Source: Gemmatimonadales bacterium
Lineage (GTDB): Bacteria > Gemmatimonadota > Gemmatimonadetes > Gemmatimonadales > GWC2-71-9
Assembly (NCBI GenBank): GCA_041577295.1
Contig: JBFGJG010000001.1
Span: 160,001-224,000 of the forward strand
Direction: 5' to 3'
DNA length: 64,000 nt
Below are positions 61,925-64,000 of the stretch, one piece after another (within the stretch, counting starts at the first letter, position 1; every line of letters begins with the position of its first letter). The notes below the pieces were generated by a model. That model worked only from the letters and a program-made list of their open reading frames with translations. It was not told where the DNA came from and did not search any database. The position numbers and the translations under genes are program-made.

Positions 61925-62778
61925 CTGACCGCCCCGGTGGCCTCGTGACCCATCATCAAGCGGAGCAATCGGGCCGTCACCTCGGCCAGCTGCGATCGTG
62001 ACACGACCACGTCCACCATGCCGTGGTCGAGGAGGAACTCGGCTGTCTGGAACCCCGCGGGGAGGTCCTGCCCAATGGTCTGCTTAATCACCCGCGGTCC
62101 CGCAAAACCTATGACGGCCCCCGGCTCGGCGATGTTGACGTCTCCCTGCATGGCAAACGAGGCGGAGACTCCACCGGTGGTCGGGTCGGTGAGAATCGAC
62201 AAATAGGGAATTCCGGAATCGCGCAACCGGGCCATGAGAGCGGAGGTCTTGGCCATCTGCATGAGGCTGAGGACGCCTTCCTGCATGCGCGCACCACCCG
62301 AAGCCGAGACGAGCACGAGCGGGATGCGTCGTTCGATCGACCGATCGGTGAGCCGAGCGATTTTCTCTCCGACGACGGACCCCATCGAGCCACCCATGAA
62401 GGCAAACTGCATTGCGCCGATGTTGATTTCGTGACCGGTGAGGGTACCATGGCCGGTCACGATTGCCTCGGATCGTCCGGCCTTCTGCACGGCAGCTTGC
62501 ACACGGTCCCGGTAGCCCTCGAAGCAGAGGGGGTCAATCGATTGGAGCTGCTCATCCAGCTCGATGAAAGACCCGGGATCGGTCAGAATCTCGATATAAC
62601 GCCGCGCGTCAATGCGTCGATGATACCTGCACGAAGGGCACACTTGAAGCGCGCTCTCGAACTTCTCGGTGATATCGACGTGTCCGCACTCTTCGCACTT
62701 GTCCCACGCATCTGGCGGGATCTCCAAACGCTCACGCCTCGACGGCCGACGTCTGCGGTCCTTCCGAAACCAAGCCAT
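61921..62778 (-). CDS. accD: Acetyl-CoA carboxylase carboxyltransferase beta subunit
   Basis: WDKCEEC...CPSC zinc finger, GGSMGSVVGE, SGGARMQE, GFQTAEFL. Confidence 0.96.
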   Translation of the reverse strand: MAWFRKDRRRRPSRRERLEIPPDAWDKCEECGHVDITEKFESALQVCPSCRYHRRIDARRYIEILTDPGSFIELDEQLQSIDPLCFEGYRDRVQAAVQKAGRSEAIVTGHGTLTGHEINIGAMQFAFMGGSMGSVVGEKIARLTDRSIERRIPLVLVSASGGARMQEGVLSLMQMAKTSALMARLRDSGIPYLSILTDPTTGGVSASFAMQGDVNIAEPGAVIGFAGPRVIKQTIGQDLPAGFQTAEFLLDHGMVDVVVSRSQLAEVTARLLRLMMGHEATGAVS

Positions 62779-62858
62779 TCCACCGTACTGGAGATAATGA
62801 GACTAGCCAATCTGGTGGGCCCGACCCCCGGGCGCCACCCCCGAAGCAAGCGGTGCGG

Positions 62859-64000
62859 CTACATCTCGAGATATCCTGATCCCCGTGAGTCCCAGGCCAC
62901 CCGTAGCGCGAGCGCCACACACAAGATGGAGGTGATGAGAAAGGAGCCGCCGTAGGAGAAGAACGGAAGGGGAATCCCCGTGATCGGCATCAGTCCAACC
63001 GTCATGCCGATGTTCACCAAAATGTGCGTCAGAAAGAGCCCGACGATGCCAAAGATGACCATGGACGAAAACGGGTCCGTCGCGCGCCGTGCGATGCGGG
63101 CCAGGATCAACAGGAAAGTCGCGAAGACAGTGAGACTCAACAATACGCCAATGAATCCGACCTCCTCGCCGAGGACCGAGTAGATGAAGTCCGTGTGCTG
63201 TGCCGGAAGGAATGCCAACCGTTTTTGCGAGCCATCGAGAAAGCCCTTGCCGACGAGGCCACCGGAGCCAATCGCGATCTTGGACTGGATAATGTGCCAG
63301 CCTGTGGCGCGAGGATCGATCTCCGGATTCAGGAAAGAGAGCAGTCGGTTCTGCTGATAGGGTGCGAGGTTGCTCCACAGCTCGAGCGCAATGACACCCA
63401 TGAGCACATTGGTCATCCATACGCCAAGGCCCTCGAGCAGATAGGGCCGCATCCACAACAGGAGTAGGGTGAGGACCACGATCCATGCGCCCCACATCGC
63501 GGTCGAAAACGCCAGCAGTAGACTGATCACTGGCGACGCGAGGAGCAAAAGCAAGTGTGGTGCGACACCCACCCAAAACAGCATTGCGAATAGAATCCCC
63601 AAAAACACCATCGCACTGCCGAGGTCCGGCTGGAGCCCGACCAAAACAAACGGCACACCGACAATCACACACGCCGGCATCAGCTCGAGTAGGGTGTTCG
63701 GTGGCTCCCGACGCGATCCGAGATGCCGGGCGAGCATGAAAATCACCGCCAGCTTTGCCAGCTCGACTGGTTGTCCGATCCGCACACCACCAATTGCGAG
63801 CCACGATTTGGCACCGGCCGCGGTGCCGGCACCGGTGCCGACGAGCAAGGTGAGCCCGAGGAGCCCGAGCGCCACCGCGAAGATGAACGGCGTCGCCCAC
63901 TCGAGAATGCGGGGCGAGATCCGGAAGAAGGCCACGCCCGCGACGACACCCAGACCCAGCCAGGTGAGCTGGTTCTTCCAGATCTCGGCAGCCGCCGATG
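62859..64000 (-). CDS. rodA: Rod shape-determining SEDS protein RodA (5' end outside the window)
   Basis: GAKSW, QPVELAK, QPDLG, AIGSGG, HTDFI, PFFSYGG. The frame is open to the window edge. Confidence 0.92.
   Translation of the reverse strand, partial: SAAAEIWKNQLTWLGLGVVAGVAFFRISPRILEWATPFIFAVALGLLGLTLLVGTGAGTAAGAKSWLAIGGVRIGQPVELAKLAVIFMLARHLGSRREPPNTLLELMPACVIVGVPFVLVGLQPDLGSAMVFLGILFAMLFWVGVAPHLLLLLASPVISLLLAFSTAMWGAWIVVLTLLLLWMRPYLLEGLGVWMTNVLMGVIALELWSNLAPYQQNRLLSFLNPEIDPRATGWHIIQSKIAIGSGGLVGKGFLDGSQKRLAFLPAQHTDFIYSVLGEEVGFIGVLLSLTVFATFLLILARIARRATDPFSSMVIFGIVGLFLTHILVNIGMTVGLMPITGIPLPFFSYGGSFLITSILCVALALRVAWDSRGSGYLEM

Overview
High-GC (roughly two-thirds by eye), gene-dense bacterial core-chromosome segment. 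Gene content, gene order and the tmRNA tag suggest Gemmatimonadota (inference). In order it carries: (1) a minus-strand run from aspS, phoH, a 7TM-HD hydrolase, ybeY, two CNNM/CorC genes, DUF502 and mgtE into a cobalamin acyl-CoA mutase cluster (meaB, large subunit, an aeRF1/Balon-like gene, B12-binding subunit, carboxyltransferase, TPPII-like S8 lipoprotein, atuA-like); (2) a PorV-like gene and rlmN; (3) a trp cluster (trpD, C, B, A) interrupted by an inverted lexA and a HEAT + HD-GYP pair, followed by a GAF chemoreceptor and folB-folK-yqeK; (4) truA, fsa, htrA, purB/C, psd, pssA, purS/Q/L/F, ppdK and a nitrilase-GNAT pair; (5) tmRNA; (6) GGDEF, larB, dusB, PTS IIA, guaA, lysA, proS, hisS, folC, accD and partial rodA. 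I saw no mobile element or CRISPR array. Best leads: a tandem TTCGG-N6-TTCGG candidate SOS box in the lexA/trpC divergent region; a HEAT/HD-GYP pair sharing an unnamed N-terminal domain inside the trp cluster; a GGQ-less Balon-like gene between the mutase subunits; mutase residues pointing to isobutyryl-CoA rather than methylmalonyl-CoA; an in-frame TAG in aspS; a probable CTG start for folC. All calls come from reading motifs by eye, with no database searches.
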